From positions 33,130,014 through 33,194,013 of the forward strand of contig NC_068995.1 of assembly GCF_001194135.2 (NCBI RefSeq): a stretch of 64,000 nt of DNA, given 5' to 3'. A program made the position numbers and the translations under genes. The notes beneath the pieces were generated by a model. It was given only the letters and a program-made list of their open reading frames with translations. It made no database searches and was not told the DNA's origin. This document shows, piece after piece, positions 23,022 through 36,530 of the stretch; positions within the stretch are counted from its first letter, which is position 1; each line of letters opens with the position of its first letter. The stretch comes from Octopus bimaculoides. Lineage: Eukaryota.

Positions 23022-24639
23022 ACAAAATTCAATACAAATATAAAATAAAAAATAAAAATAAAAATAAATGAAAAATGAAAATATAAAAATATAAGGCACA
23101 TAAAAAGCCTACAAACAGTACATAAGACCATATAAATAGTTTTAAACACTCCAATGCACATGCCTGTGCTTGTGTACATAACCATACGTAGATATCTATG
23201 GATACAAAAGCATAGATAGATGAGTACATATGTGTGCCCCTGGGCACACATATATACTCACCTATCTACGTAGATGTACTCATCTATCTACAAGAGGCCA
23301 TCGCCTCTAGCTAGCTATATGACACATGAACCTGTGTCCATTATAACCTTCAAACAGAGGAGGTCAGCCGCTTCCCCTTGCTGGTCTGGCATCTACAGAC
23401 TAGTTTCAGGGTATTTACATCTTATCAATGTAAAGCACACACACAAACACACACACACATATATATACCCATATCATCAAAAGTGTGGACAGTTTTATTA
23501 ATGATAGAAAATGGTGCATCAACACAATGGGGAAAACCATTAATAAATGTCAACAATGTAGTAAGTAAATGTACATACACAGATTTGAGGTGCTTGAAGA
23601 ATCAGATATGATTGTAATGTCTTGGTTGAAGATGTCATCCACTTAATGTGTGTGAGTGTATGTGTGTGTGTGTATACACACATACATATAGATAAATATA
23701 GGCATATATATATATATACACGCACGCACGAAAGCACACGCGCACGCACACACACAGAGTATCACACATCAGATGAAATGGAAGTGTGTGTGTGTGTGTG
23801 TGTGACAGAGAGAGAGAGAGAGAGAGGTTTGTTGTCATGTATACGTACATGCATAAATATGCATACATCTTTGTGTGTGTGTGTGTGTGTGTGTGCGTGT
23901 GTATGAGAGAGAGAGAGAGAGTAAATCTATACTATATATAAAACAGAGATGTGTGTGTAATCGACTTCACCAAATGCTTCCATACTTGTGATGCGTGAAT
24001 AATTTGACCTCGGATAAATGTTAGGCTCTTCATTTGATTTTTTTTTATCTCTAATTGAAAATAAATAATATTGCTTTATNNNNNNNNNNNNNNNNNNNNN
24101 NNNNNNNNNNNNNNNNNNNNNNNNNNNNNNNNNNNNNNNNNNNNNNNNNNNNNNNNNNNNNNNNNNNNNNNNNNNNNNNNNNNNNNNNNNNNNNNNNNNN
24201 NNNNNNNNNNNNNNNNNNNNNNNNNNNNNNNNNNNNNNNNNNNNNNNNNNNNNNNNNNNNNNNNNNNNNNNNNNNNNNNNNNNNNNNNNNNNNNNNNNNN
24301 NNNNNNNNNNNNNNNNNNNNNNNNNNNNNNNNNNNNNNNNNNNNNNNNNNNNNNNNNNNNNNNNNNNNNNNNNNNNNNNNNNNNNNNNNNNNNNNNNNNN
24401 NNNNNNNNNNNNNNNNNNNNNNNNNNNNNNNNNNNNNNNNNNNNNNNNNNNNNNNNNNNNNNNNNNNNNNNNNNNNNNNNNNNNNNNNNNNNNNNNNNNN
24501 NNNNNNNNNNNNNNNNNNNNNNNNNNNNNNNNNNNNNNNNNNNNNNNNNNNNNNNNNNNNNNNNNNNNNNNNNNNNNNNNNNNNNNNTGTGTGTGTGTGT
24601 ATACACACATACATAAATGTATACAAACATATTTACATA

Positions 24640-24960
24640 GACTCACGTGTTTATGCGCGCGCGCGTGCGTGGGGGTTCCACAATCGCCATTTATTTCAAT
24701 TACTCTTGTGAGGATATTCACGTAAATCATTTTTTTCATTTAATCCCCATTTTAATTTTCGTAAAAGTTTCCAAGTACCAATGAGGCTTTTTGGCACATC
24801 TTCAATTTTCCCCATTCATGAGAGGCGCCCAGCCATCATTCATCTGAGAGTCCATCTACAGAATGTCCTCTCAAATTTCTATACAGCATATTTTGCCCGT
24901 TTTTCTTCAAGTATATAAGCAACAATTTTATTCCCGAGCAACGCCGGGTGCCTCTGCTAG
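24640..24960 (+). mobile_element. Helitron 3' portion with a Rep/helicase remnant
   Basis: STNEAFWHIFNFP/IHERRPAIIHLRVHLQN at ~24774-24864 matches a Helitron motif. 3' hairpin CCCGAGCAACGCCGGG plus CTAG (24957-24960) before T. Confidence 0.85.
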
Positions 24961-25148
24961 TACTACATACACACCGTTCTCTCACTCTGTCTCACATACA
25001 TACACACGCACACATACATCCATAAATGATGGATGCATATGACAACACACCCCTTGACTCACTCACACTCTGTCTCTTACAAACACACACATATATAAAT
25101 ATATACAAACGTATTTACAAAGACACACGTGTGTATGCGCGTGTGTGC

Positions 25149-25191
<43 letters not shown>

Positions 25192-25298
25192 CAGAGCCAG
25201 TGAAGGGGTGTGTCGACAATTATACGTACATACATAAATAGTCATACATTTGTTGTACGTATGTGTGAGAGAGAGAGAGAGAGTCACTGAAACATCTC

Positions 25299-25352
<54 letters not shown>

Positions 25353-26332
25353 GTGCAGATATACACACAGAAAAGATGTATGCATATGTATTTATNNNNN
25401 NNNNNNNNNNNNNNNNNNNNNNNNNNNNNNNNNNNNNNNNNNNNNNNNNNNNNNNNNNNNNNNNNNNNNNNNNNNNNNNNNNNNNNNNNNNNNNNNNNNN
25501 NNNNNNNNNNNNNNNNNNNNNNNNNNNNNNNNNNNNNNNNNNNNNNNNNNNNNNNNNNNNNNNNNNNNNNNNNNNNNNNNNNNNNNNNNNNNNNNNNNNN
25601 NNNNNNNNNNNNNNNNNNNNNNNNNNNNNNNNNNNNNNNNNNNNNNNNNNNNNNNNNNNNNNNNNNNNNNNNNNNNNNNNNNNNNNNNNNNNNNNNNNNN
25701 NNNNNNNNNNNNNNNNNNNNNNNNNNNNNNNNNNNNNNNNNNNNNNNNNNNNNNNNNNNNNNNNNNNNNNNNNNNNNNNNNNNNNNNNNNNNNNNNNNNN
25801 NNNNNNNNNNNNNNNNNNNNNNNNNNNNNNNNNNNNNNNNNNNNNNNNNNNNNNNNNNNNNNNNNNNNNNNNNNNNNNNNNNNNNNNNNNNNNNNNNNNN
25901 NNNNNNNNNNNNNNNNNNNNNNNNNNNNNNNNNNNNNNNNNNNNNNNNNNNNNNNNNNNNNNNNNNNNNNNNNNNNNNNNNNNNNNNNNNNNNNNNNNNN
26001 NNNNNNNNNNNNNNNNNNNNNNNNNNNNNNNNNNNNNNNNNNNNNNNNNNNNNNNNNNNNNNNNNNNNNNNNNNNNNNNNNNNNNNNNNNNNNNNNNNNN
26101 NNNNNNNNNNNNNNNNNNNNNNNNNNNNNNNNNNNNNNNNNNNNNNNNNNNNNNNNNNNNNNNNNNNNNNNNNNNNNNNNNNNNNNNNNNNNNNNNNNNN
26201 NNNNNNNNNNNNNNNNNNNNNNNNNNTCCTGTGTCCTTATATTTATGAAGGGGAGACAAGCCTCCCACCCAGCCTAGTCTGCATTCAGGGACATGTTTCT
26301 GAGTCATTGCTCGTCATCAGCCTGAAATAGCC

Positions 26333-26703
26333 GACCAGCTGGCTGAAAAAGCATGTCTAACCTTCGCAAATATATATATTTTCAGTGAAAACACATTCAC
26401 TGGTTACAAAATTAGAAATGATCTAATTATAAATCTCACAGAGAGACATAAGCAGCAGGATATGTGTCAAGGCCAACAGGAAGTGGTCCAGCTTCCTAGG
26501 GCTAAATAGCAGCAGTAGGATTCCCTTAATGGGTCTGTCACATTAAGTTGACAATATACAACTGCTTTATCATAACTCTGCTGCTTATGTCTCTCTGTGA
26601 GATTTATAATTAGATCATTTCTAATTTTGTAACCAGTGAATGTGTTTTCACTGAAAATATATATATTTGTGAAGGCTAGACATGCTTTTTCAGCCAGCTG
26701 GTC
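26333..26703. repeat. 126-bp near-perfect inverted repeat with a 119-bp spacer
   Basis: 26333-26458 versus 26578-26703, two mismatches by eye, no TSD. Confidence 0.95.
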
Positions 26704-26855
26704 AAAGACTTCAGAGTGTCGTGTAGTTTTTGAAGTTATGTTGTGTTTTTGTGAACGAAGAACGTAAGTTGATGAATATCGTTGTTGAAAATTGTTAAAA
26801 AATTGTTGAAGTTGCTGTTATTAGTTTGAAGTTTTGAAATTGCTGCTATTAATAA

Positions 26856-28022
26856 TTGTTGAAGTATTGCTGTTGTTGTTCTGTGAAGTTTGTAATAACT
26901 ACTAGTAACGCGGCAGCAGCTGGCAGGTGTCGGCCGGCCAACGACATGGAGATGAAGGAAGTTAAAGTGGAAATTGCAAATATAAAGAAACACTTTAAGT
27001 TGTTAAAGAAGGAGGGGGACTGCCTGCGGCTTAGTCCTCCCAAAGAAGTGATGGGAAACGCTGAAAAAAGAATTATAATGTATAAGACACTAAACATAAC
27101 ATTAAAGAATATTGATATAGCAGAAGTTGAAGCAATAGAGAATTGCTTAAGCGGAAGTAAGGAAGAAATAGTGTTCTACACGAGAGGAAAGAAACACGGA
27201 ACTGTAAAGGTGTATTTTAAGAACAAAACAGATGCGAAGAGGTATTCTACCATACCTCTAAGAACGGAGAAGTGGGCTCTTTTGCCAGTATATTGCGGCA
27301 GAAGAGCCGTAAAGATAAGAATCGGGAAAGTACCACTGGAAATAGATTTAGAATGGCTGGTGGCAGCAGTAATCTATAATTGCAAAGAAGAGGTAGAAAT
27401 CATAAAAGTGGAGAAGTCTAAAGAGATCAACTGGTGGGGTTTTGGGTTGGAAATTCTAACCCATATAACCCTGCCTGACCTGCAAAACGTCGCAGAGGAG
27501 TTGGTGCTCCCCGATGACACCTGACTGAGAGTTGTGGTAGAGCGCAGGCCACCCGTATGCTATAGATGTGGAAGTAGGAGACACATACAGGTAGTGTGTC
27601 CCCGTAGAGAGGTTCAAGTGGTAGAAACAGAGATCTGTGAAGATGAAATGGTAGAGGTCGAACAAGAAGAGCTAGAGGAAAAGCAGGAGGAGATTGTGGA
27701 GAGTGAGGAAAGTTTAGAAGGAACAGATAGAAAATGTATGCAGACTGAATCGCCGCCAAAGACCCCACCCAAAAAAAAGAGAGGAGGAAAGAAAAAGAAA
27801 ACAGAGAATGAAAAGGAAACCGAAAAAGACGAAACTGAGAATCGAACCCAAGACACAGAGCATGAAAAAGATTTAACGAGAAGGGAAAAGTGGATAAATT
27901 GGTGGGAAATGATGATAAACCAGAAGGATATAGTGAGGATGGAAGGAAAGGTAGTTGGAAAAGTAGAATATGAAAATATCAGAACAGTGGTTTTTTTGTC
28001 ACACGCCAGGGGTAAACACTAG
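26856..28022 (+). pseudogene. Non-LTR retrotransposon ORF1/gag-like protein with a CCHC zinc knuckle, one in-frame TGA
   Basis: ORFs 26856-27524 and 27534-28022 share a frame. CYRCGSRRHIQVVC = CX2CX4HX4C, followed by acidic and Lys-rich tails. Likely ATG at 26946. Confidence 0.8.
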
Positions 28023-29149
28023 AAGTAGTTGATAGCTTCTGTTATCTAGATGACCAAGACAGTAGCGGGGGTGGATGCTCTGAGAGTGTAGCAGCTAGAA
28101 TAAAAATAGCCTGGGCAAAGTTCAGAGAGCTCCTACCTCTGCTGGTGGCAAAGAGCCTTTCACTCAGAGTAAAAATTAGACTGTATGACGCATGTGTGCG
28201 AACAGCCATGCTACATGGCAGTGAAACATGGGCCATGATTGCTGAGGACATGCATAAGCTTGCAAGGAATGAAGCCAGTATGCTCTGCTGGACATGTAAT
28301 GTCAGTGTGCATACACGACAGAGTGTAAGCAACCTAAAAGAAAAGTTGGACTTCAGAAGCATTAGATGTGGTGTGCAAGAGAGACAACAGCACTAGTATG
28401 ATCATGTGCTGCATATGGATGAGGACAGCTGTGTGAAAAAGTGTCACACCCTAGCAGTAGAGGGAACCTGTGGAAGAGGTGGACCCAGGAAGACTTGGGA
28501 TAAGATGGTGAAGCATGGCCTTCAAACATTGGACATCACAGAGGCGATGACGAGTGACCAAGACCTTTGGAGATATGCTGTGCTTGAGAAGACCCAGCAA
28601 GCCAAGTGAGACCGTAACCATGGCCTAAGCCAGTGCAGCATAACTTGCCCCCATTTAGGAGTACCATTCAATTATTGAGGCAATAAACTGTACTTGCGAA
28701 GACCTGTTGAGTCAAGTGAAGTCGTTGTTCTGGCCGATGCCAGTACTACCTAACTGGTACCCATGCTAGTGGCATGTAAAAGGCACCATTCAAGCATGGT
28801 CATTGCCAGTGCTGCCTGGCTGGTTCCCGTGCCAGTGGCACATAAAAAGCACCATTCGAGCATGGTCGTTGCCAGTGCCACCTAATTGGCTCCTGTGTTT
28901 GTGGCATGTAAAAAGCACCATTTAAGTATGGTCGATGCCAGTACCACTTGACTGGCTCTTGTGCTGGTGGAACGTAAAAAGCACCCACTGCACTCTTGAA
29001 GTGGTTGTCGTTAGGAAGGGCATCCAGCTGTAGAAACATTGCCAGATCATATTGAAGCCTGGTACTGCCTTCTGGCTTGCCAGTCCTCAGTCAAACCATC
29101 TAACCCATGCCAGCATGGAAAGTGGACGTTAAACAATGATGATGATGAT
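27999..29149 (+). mobile_element. 5'-truncated RTE-clade LINE
   Basis: LEVVDSFCYL..., LYDACVRTAMLHGSETW, GTCGRGGPRKTWDKMV, then a 3' UTR with ~55-60-bp tandem units and a (GAT)n tail. Confidence 0.9.
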
Positions 29150-29164
29150 ATATATGTATATATA

Positions 29165-29490
29165 AGTGCAGGAGTGTTTGTGTGGTAAGAAGCTTGCTGC
29201 TTAACTACATGGTTCTGGGTTCAGTCCCACTACATGGCACCTTGGGCAAGTGTCTTCTACTATAGCCTTGGGCTGACCAAAGCCTAGTGAGTGGATTTAA
29301 TGGATGGAAACTGAAAGAAGCACGTCATATATATATATATATATGTGCGTGTGTGTGTATGTATGTATTTGTGTGTCTGTATTTGTCCCCCCACCGTCGC
29401 TTGGCAACCAATGTTGGTGTGTTTGTGTACCCATAACTTAGCAGCTCGGCAAAAGAGAGCAATAGAATGAGTACTAGGCTTACAAAGAAT
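29165..29490 (+). mobile_element. SINE type A
   Basis: Same head, body and partial tail as 20526-20970, with CpG decay. Confidence 0.85.
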
Positions 29491-31779
29491 ATATAAGTGT
29501 TTAATATTTAATATCATATAGATATTTGTGTGTGTGTGTGTAACTGATAAAGTAAATGCAATTTGTATTAGAAATTTGCAGTTTTACTTTGATTAACATG
29601 CCAGCATTGTTGAGAGCAAACTTTTTGAAGGTTGTTTGCATGCTTTACTGCCTCTGACTATCACTTACTCCCACTCCATTTGTAACTCTGCTTTCCTCCA
29701 AACATGACCAACAGGACACACATTGCATTTAATTATATGTAATATATATATATATATATAAAATTGAACACACATACCTTGTGTATGTGTGTTAAACAAA
29801 ACATACGCACACATACAGATAGATAGATAGATATCGTATTTATGTCTACCTCCATCTGGAACCATCTGTGGCTCACCCTACCCCACAGCCATTTGAAAGT
29901 ATCTGCTCTCTCTCTCTCTCTCTCCCTCTCCTCCCCTCCCATGACCCACTATAACCTCTCTTATGCTTCCTTCTTGCTCCTTGAGAGTTTGCTCTTACAC
30001 CACCACCACCTTCCCCTCTCAAATTCTACCCTCTTCCTCTTTTTCCTTGTTCTCTTTCTGGCTTGCAAGTTTCACATAGCTTCTTAACTAATGCCCTTAG
30101 CATGAAAAAGCACTTGATATTCTCTGTAAAGTGTTTGGCATTGGGAAGACCATGCAGCTGTTGAAACCATGCCAAATATGACGCTAGAGCTCAACACAAT
30201 CTTGCATTTTGCTGGATCCTGTTAAACTGTCAAATCCATGTCACCATAAGAAATGGACATTAAATGCTGCTGCTGCTGCTGCTGATGATGATGATATATA
30301 CTTATAAACACCCACACATGTGTGTGTATAAGTATATATGCTTATGTGTGTATACTCACACAGCTATACATCTGTGTATGATGACCAAGTGGTTAAAAAT
30401 TTTACTTTGCAATCCTGAAGCCCAAGATCTGATCCCACTGTGTCGTATCTTAGGCATGTGTCATTTACCTCGGGTTCACCTAGGCCTTGGGGATGTAACT
30501 GGTTGTGGGGTAGGGGTCAGAAACTGTGAGAGCCTGTCAAATGGGCTGTACTTGTAATTCAAAATGCCTGCCGTGTCATACACAGTCTTACTGATTCTAC
30601 CTCTGGAGTAATCTAAGGAGTATATTGAGGTTACATGTGTTGCTGAAGTGAATACTCAATTACATACAACATATTTGAATGACAGCAATTCAGCTGATCA
30701 AACAACTGTAATATTCATCATGAAAACTGACAAAGAATTGATGTTCTTATTTACCCATTCATCCAGATATTTTCATTCATACATATTTACATATAAAAAT
30801 AGATAAACATTAACACAATTAAGCAATCAATATTTAGCATGCCTTTCTTCATTAATGGAGTTATATAGATTTAGGGATCATAAATAATTAATGTTTAGTT
30901 TAGGACAATCAAGCAATGTACTCTTCGATTGACAGCAAATATACAAGAGGGAAATGGCCAATACATGTACACGTATGCATCAGTATTGACTTGTTGCTTA
31001 GCAATAGTTTGACTTTTTTCTTTGAGTCCAGAGTTCAAATCCTATTGGTATTGATGCGATAAATACTTGGATTGAGAAGGTAGAGATACATTTATATAGG
31101 GACCCTACAAAGTTGGAACATATAGTAATGATTGTCACAAAGGACTTGATATTTATTGTAACAGAATTGTGCAACAAAGCATTGTGAAATATGCATGCTG
31201 TTATATATTTAAAAATAGAAGGAGACAACACAATCATTTCCCAACCCCCATATATGTATATATGTGTATGAGGGTGTATATATGTGTATATATGTATACA
31301 TACATACATACAAACATACATACACACATACATATATTTATATATAGGTGTGTGTTGAGTATATGTGTGTATTGAGTATATGTGTGTGTATGTGCGTAAA
31401 TCCAATATAGTTCCACCATGGCATTTGACAACATAAAATTATCTTCCTTGAGGCCAATTTTTGAAAACACACACTTAAACAAATCTTGTATCCATCTACT
31501 TAAATTAGCACATGAAAGTTCAGAAGCTTCAATCACATATGATACTGGCATTTCAAGGATTAAAGAATAGATGCTGCTGCTGTTGCTGCTGTTGCTGTTG
31601 CTGCTGCTACTGATGATGATGCTGATGATGATGATGACGACGACAACGACAATGATGCAGAGAAAGAGGAGGAGATATCAATAAATCATCAAGAGAAATA
31701 ACAACCTAAATGAAAACAAATTTTACTTCATGGAAGGAAAGGATGTTACAGAGGAAGAAAGGAGCTTTCTACAACAGTT

Positions 31780-32171
31780 AAATGAGACATAAACTAGTGA
31801 AAGAAAGTGATTACCAGCTTTGAGTGGAATCAAAAGAGAAAAACTACATAAAGTAGTAAAGAAAATCAATGAGCTGTTGATGAAAATCTATGGTGAAAAT
31901 ATAATAGATTTTTTAAATCACCTTCTATACTGCACAGTGTCTGTTACTACAGAAATTCTTGATCAAGTAAAAAGCAAGGGGCAAAGACCCATGGTGGAAA
32001 CAGAGACTTGAGAACCAAGTTGAATAGCTCAACAGAGATTCTGGAAGGATAAATGCAATAAATGAAAAGATGGTAAAGGAAAAACTCATGAATGAGTTCC
32101 AAAGAAAGTGAAACATTTGACTAAAAGAATTACAGTTTAAGAAGAGATAAAGCAAAAAATTAAGTCAATAT

Positions 32172-32207
<36 letters not shown>

Positions 32208-33225
32208 TACTAACAAAGAATAAACCAATGCCAGCAGAACAGACTCTTGAAAAACAATGAAAGGAAATGTTATCAACAGCTAAATGAACATTAGGGGAAT
32301 GATGTTACAGATACTGAAGCAGCCAGGAGCTCTTGGTCAGAAATTTGGAGTAAAGTTCAGCATAACATGGAAGTGGATTGGTTAAGGAAATTTAAAAGTG
32401 AATTGGAAAATAGATGAAAACAAGAAAATACAAATATTACAGATGGTTAAGTAAAAGCAATGCTTAAGAAAATACCAAAATGGAAAATCCTCTAGATTAG
32501 ATGGTGGTGTTCAGGAATTCTGGTTCAAAGATCTCGCAACCATGCAGAGAGAGATATACAACTGTTTCTTACTGATTGTATAGAAAAATGGAACATCAAC
32601 ATGGATGACAAAACAAAGGGCAGTGCTAATATGGAAGGGCAAAAAAAAAAAAAGAGAGGAGACATCAGTGATTACATGCTTACAATTACTCTGGAAATTA
32701 TTAACTGTCCTCAAGGCACCCATGCTGATGACACATAAAAGGCAAACATGCTAGTGATATATAAAAAGCACCTGGGTCAGTGATACATAAAAGACACCCA
32801 TGCTGGTGACACATAAAGGGAACCATGCTGGTGACACATAAAAGACACCTAATACACTCTATGGAGTGGTTGGTGTTAGGAAGAACATCTAGCCATAGAA
32901 GCCAAGCTAAAACAGACTGGACCCTGGTGCAGCTCTCTGGCTTACCAGTTTCAGTCAAACTGTTTGACCAATGCCAACATGAAAAGCAGACGTTGGATGA
33001 TGATGATCATGATGATGATGATGATGATGAAAGCAGGTCAAGTGTATAACTTTCTTGAGAAAGAGAATCTATTACTAGAGGAACAAAAGGGATGCAAAAA
33101 ATCAAGAGGAATTGTTGATGTGTTGTGTGTTGATTACATGATATTAAATGAGATATAAATAACAAAGAAGAAATTAGCCATTGGATGGATAGACTAAAAG
33201 ACAGTTTAGGATAATGTTTCACACT
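31780..33225 (+). mobile_element. Decayed R4/Dong-like (RLE clade) LINE fragments interrupted by an RTE 3' tail (~32714-33030)
   Basis: PWWKQRLENQVE, RINQCQQNRLLKNNERKCYQQL, SWSEIWSKVQHN..DWLRKFK, LKKIPKWK and YNFLEKENLLLEEQKGCKK. Confidence 0.7.
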
Positions 33226-34139
33226 ACTAGCTCTTGGAGTGCTTAAAGATGCTCAAATTCAATGAGAAAATAAAGCTTGTTTTGGACAGAAATCTGGTTT
33301 AAGCACTCCATATAACTCCTCGTAACTGTTTTTATTTTTGGGAAGTTTCAGAAAATCTTGCAAATTTGTGTTCTATAAATGGGAATTGATACGATTATGC
33401 AAACAACAAAAGAAAATTTTTTTTGTGTGTGATTTAGCTGTTATCTTTAACATATCTCATGACCACCTGATACCTTCCTTGTTTCTTTGTCACTCTGATA
33501 TATATTGATGTTTTTCAATATTTTTTTCCCCATAAGCACATTTAATGTAATGATGATGCATCTGACAGTGGTCTATTGCTGGGATTTAAGCAAAAAATTT
33601 GAATTGTCTGTATTTTAAACTATTATTTTTTTTTTAAATTGTAAAAGGGTGGAACTTTTATGGTTTATAGGGTGGGTTAAAAATTAAAAAAAATTTTTTT
33701 GTCATAATCATGAATTCCCATGTGTAGAACAAATTTGCAAAGATTTTCCTCTCTATCTTTTTTATCATTACTATATTAGTGTGAAAGATCATGGTCCAGT
33801 GGTAATAATGTTACATTCATGATCATAAGATTATGATTTCAGTCCTTAGACCAAACAGTGTATTGTGTTCTTGAGCATAATACTTCATTTCCTGCTGCTC
33901 CAGTCTTTTCACCTTGCGGTGGTCTGGCAGTCCTTTCAAAGGGAATGTTGTGATCTCACTTACTTATATGCCTTAGGAACCAGGCAATCAATGCTATGAA
34001 TCCTAGGACTTGAGACAGTACCTATTTACTCTTATGATTAACCTTGTGCCTTCTCCATTTAGATACTCCTGACTCACTTGTCTCTCCACGTCTTGTCACC
34101 ATTGCTGCTAGAACTATCCAAACTGGTGTTTCTGACTTA

Positions 34140-34760
34140 TCCTTATCATCATTGTTTAGTGTCCTTTTTCTCTACTGGTATGGGTAAGGCAGTTTGACTG
34201 GAGCTAGTAAGCTGAAAATTGCACCAGGCTCCAGTCTGTTTTGGCTTGGTTTCTATGGCTGGATGCTCTTCCTAACATCAGCCACTCCACAGAGTGTACT
34301 GAATGTCTTTTATGTGTCACCACCAGCATGGGTGCCTTTGTTCGTGTTATTGGTACAGGTGCCTGTTTTTATTTCTACTCTAGGCACAAGGCCCAAAATT
34401 TGGGGGGAGGGGCCCAGTCAATTAGATCAACCCTAGTATGCAACTGGTACTTAATTTATTAACTTTGAAAGGATGAAAGGCAAAGTCGACCTCAGCGGAA
34501 TTTGAACTCAGAACGTAAAAACAGATGAAATGTTGCTAAGTATTTTGCCTGGCATGCTAACATTTCTGCCAGCTCACCGCCTTACAGATGCCTTTAACAT
34601 GTCACTGGTCTGAGTACCTTTTACAATTTCACTCATACAGCTGCCTTTTATGTGTCACTGGCATGGATGCCTTTCATGTGTCACCAGCAGTGGCCACGCC
34701 TACAATTTCACTAAGCTTGATGTATCTTCTCAAGCACAACAAATCACCAAAAGTCAAGGT
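34140..34760 (-). mobile_element. Cluster of RTE 3'-UTR fragments with a SINE type B (34390-34585)
   Basis: Matches to the RTE tail (ctggatgctcttcctaac) and the type B core on the minus strand. Confidence 0.75.
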
Positions 34761-35307
34761 ACAATCTTCTTCAAAATTAAAGTCATGTTGCACAGTTACG
34801 TCTATGTTCTTTTTTTGCATTGATTTTTGTTTGTGAGTTGTGATGTTTTGTGGATTGTCCATTTGTTAGTGGATGGAAAGTGTCTGTGAAAAACCATTGA
34901 ATATATTTAGAAACAAAAAAATATAATCATGTACAAAAGAGAACCAACATTGTGTCTGCCTGGTACAGGGTAGATTCCACATGTTTGATTGATTATTCAA
35001 GGGGTAAATAATCTGGTGAAAACAATTTCCATTCACATTGATAGATAAAAATCCCAGAAACTATTGGGGTGAGTGAGAACATGCCAAAACACTTTAAAAT
35101 GATAACTCTTTCTAATTTTGCCACAAGTTAGACAATTTTCAGGGTACAGGCAAGTCAAATACAGCAACCCCGGTACTAACCACCCTTCTTTACCAAAGGA
35201 TAGCATCTGTTTGGCGTAAGATCCACAGACACTGAACAACTATGTGCAGGATTTTATTAACCTATGTACATCTTGGACAGGTCATTGGCATTTGTATGCC
35301 TGTTGAG

Positions 35308-35443
35308 ATTGTCCTGAACATGTAGCATTCTTAAACCAAGGACATTTGGTAGTTGTCTACACTTCCCAACCTGAAAGTTCTGCAGAAGAGTTTGTAGCAT
35401 GCTGCATTTTCAATTTGAACCAGGACTGTTTTCTTTTCAATTA
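35308..35443 (+). CDS. Candidate exon
   Basis: Open frame (D)CPEHVAFLNQGHLVVVYTSQPESSAEEFVACCIFNLNQDCFLFN ending at TA|GTAAGT. The acceptor (ttgag) is weak. Confidence 0.3.
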
Positions 35444-36227
35444 GTAAGTTTTCATAAACACTAATTGGATCCTTCAAGCTGAGTGATGACATCATGAAAT
35501 ACTAATCAATGACAGTCAATGACGGCACATCAAATTCATTGACTGGTGTCAGCAAAGTATTGATGAATTGGAAGCTGTTGATTGCTAACCTAACTGATCT
35601 TCTGTAAAAATAACGTAAAAAAGAGGGAAAAAGCAATATATAAACAATCACACTGAGAAGAGATTACCTACAGACAAGAAAGCCCCAAATTCAGTCATGC
35701 ATCACATCAGGCACTATCTCCCTATCAGCTGACATGGCTAAGCAGATCCATCAATTATAAAGAGTCTGCAACATAATGTGAACTAACTCCTATTAATCTG
35801 GGACTATATTATGATCTCTGACACTTACTAATCCACTCACCCTCCCTCTCTACCATGCTCCATCTCTTTCTCTCCCATCTATATAAAGTCACCCAAGCTG
35901 TCCAACTAAATCACTAATATGAGCAGAATTTTCTGACATTATTCTGTTGGTTTCTTTCATTGGAACAATCATGTTCCATACAACAGGGGATGAATTGAAA
36001 ACAAATGACCACTCATCTTATTCATTCAACATCTTAATGTCACTCCTGTAACTACATTAATCTTTTCAAATTAAGGCAGAGGCCTTCTACAAAAGCCCAC
36101 AATACTACAGCTGAGATATTCGTGGCTTAAATGCTGATCGATTTATAATAAATCAAATAAGTGTCTGATAGCTACACTGAAGCTCACCAGTCAGTTAATA
36201 TGAGCTCAGAAAATAAGTCTAAAATTG

Positions 36228-36530
36228 AAGGTGCATGGATTAGTGTTTAGGGTGTTCGTTCATGATTGCAAGGATAGTAGTACATTGTATCCTTAAGCAA
36301 GATACTTTATTTCACATTGCTCCAGTTCACTCAGCTGGCAAAAATTAGTTGTACCTGTAATTCAAAGGGCTGGCCTTGTAACAATCTGTGTCATGCTGAA
36401 TATCCCTAGGAACTACTTTAAGGGTATGTGTGTCTGTGGAATGCTCATCCACTTGCAGGTTAATTCCATGAGCAGGCTGTTCCATTGACTAAATCAACTG
36501 GAACACTCATCATCATAAACAATGGAGTGG
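36228..36530 (+). mobile_element. SINE type C (CORE-like)
   Basis: gcaagatactttatttcacattgctccagttcactcagctggcaaaaat...gagcaggctgttcc; homologous to 46853-47174. Confidence 0.85.

Noticed and set aside
27522-27524. In-frame TGA followed by CTG as programmed readthrough or selenocysteine
   Set aside because: More simply a CGA to TGA CpG mutation; no SECIS seen. Would be reconsidered if TGA is fixed across copies.
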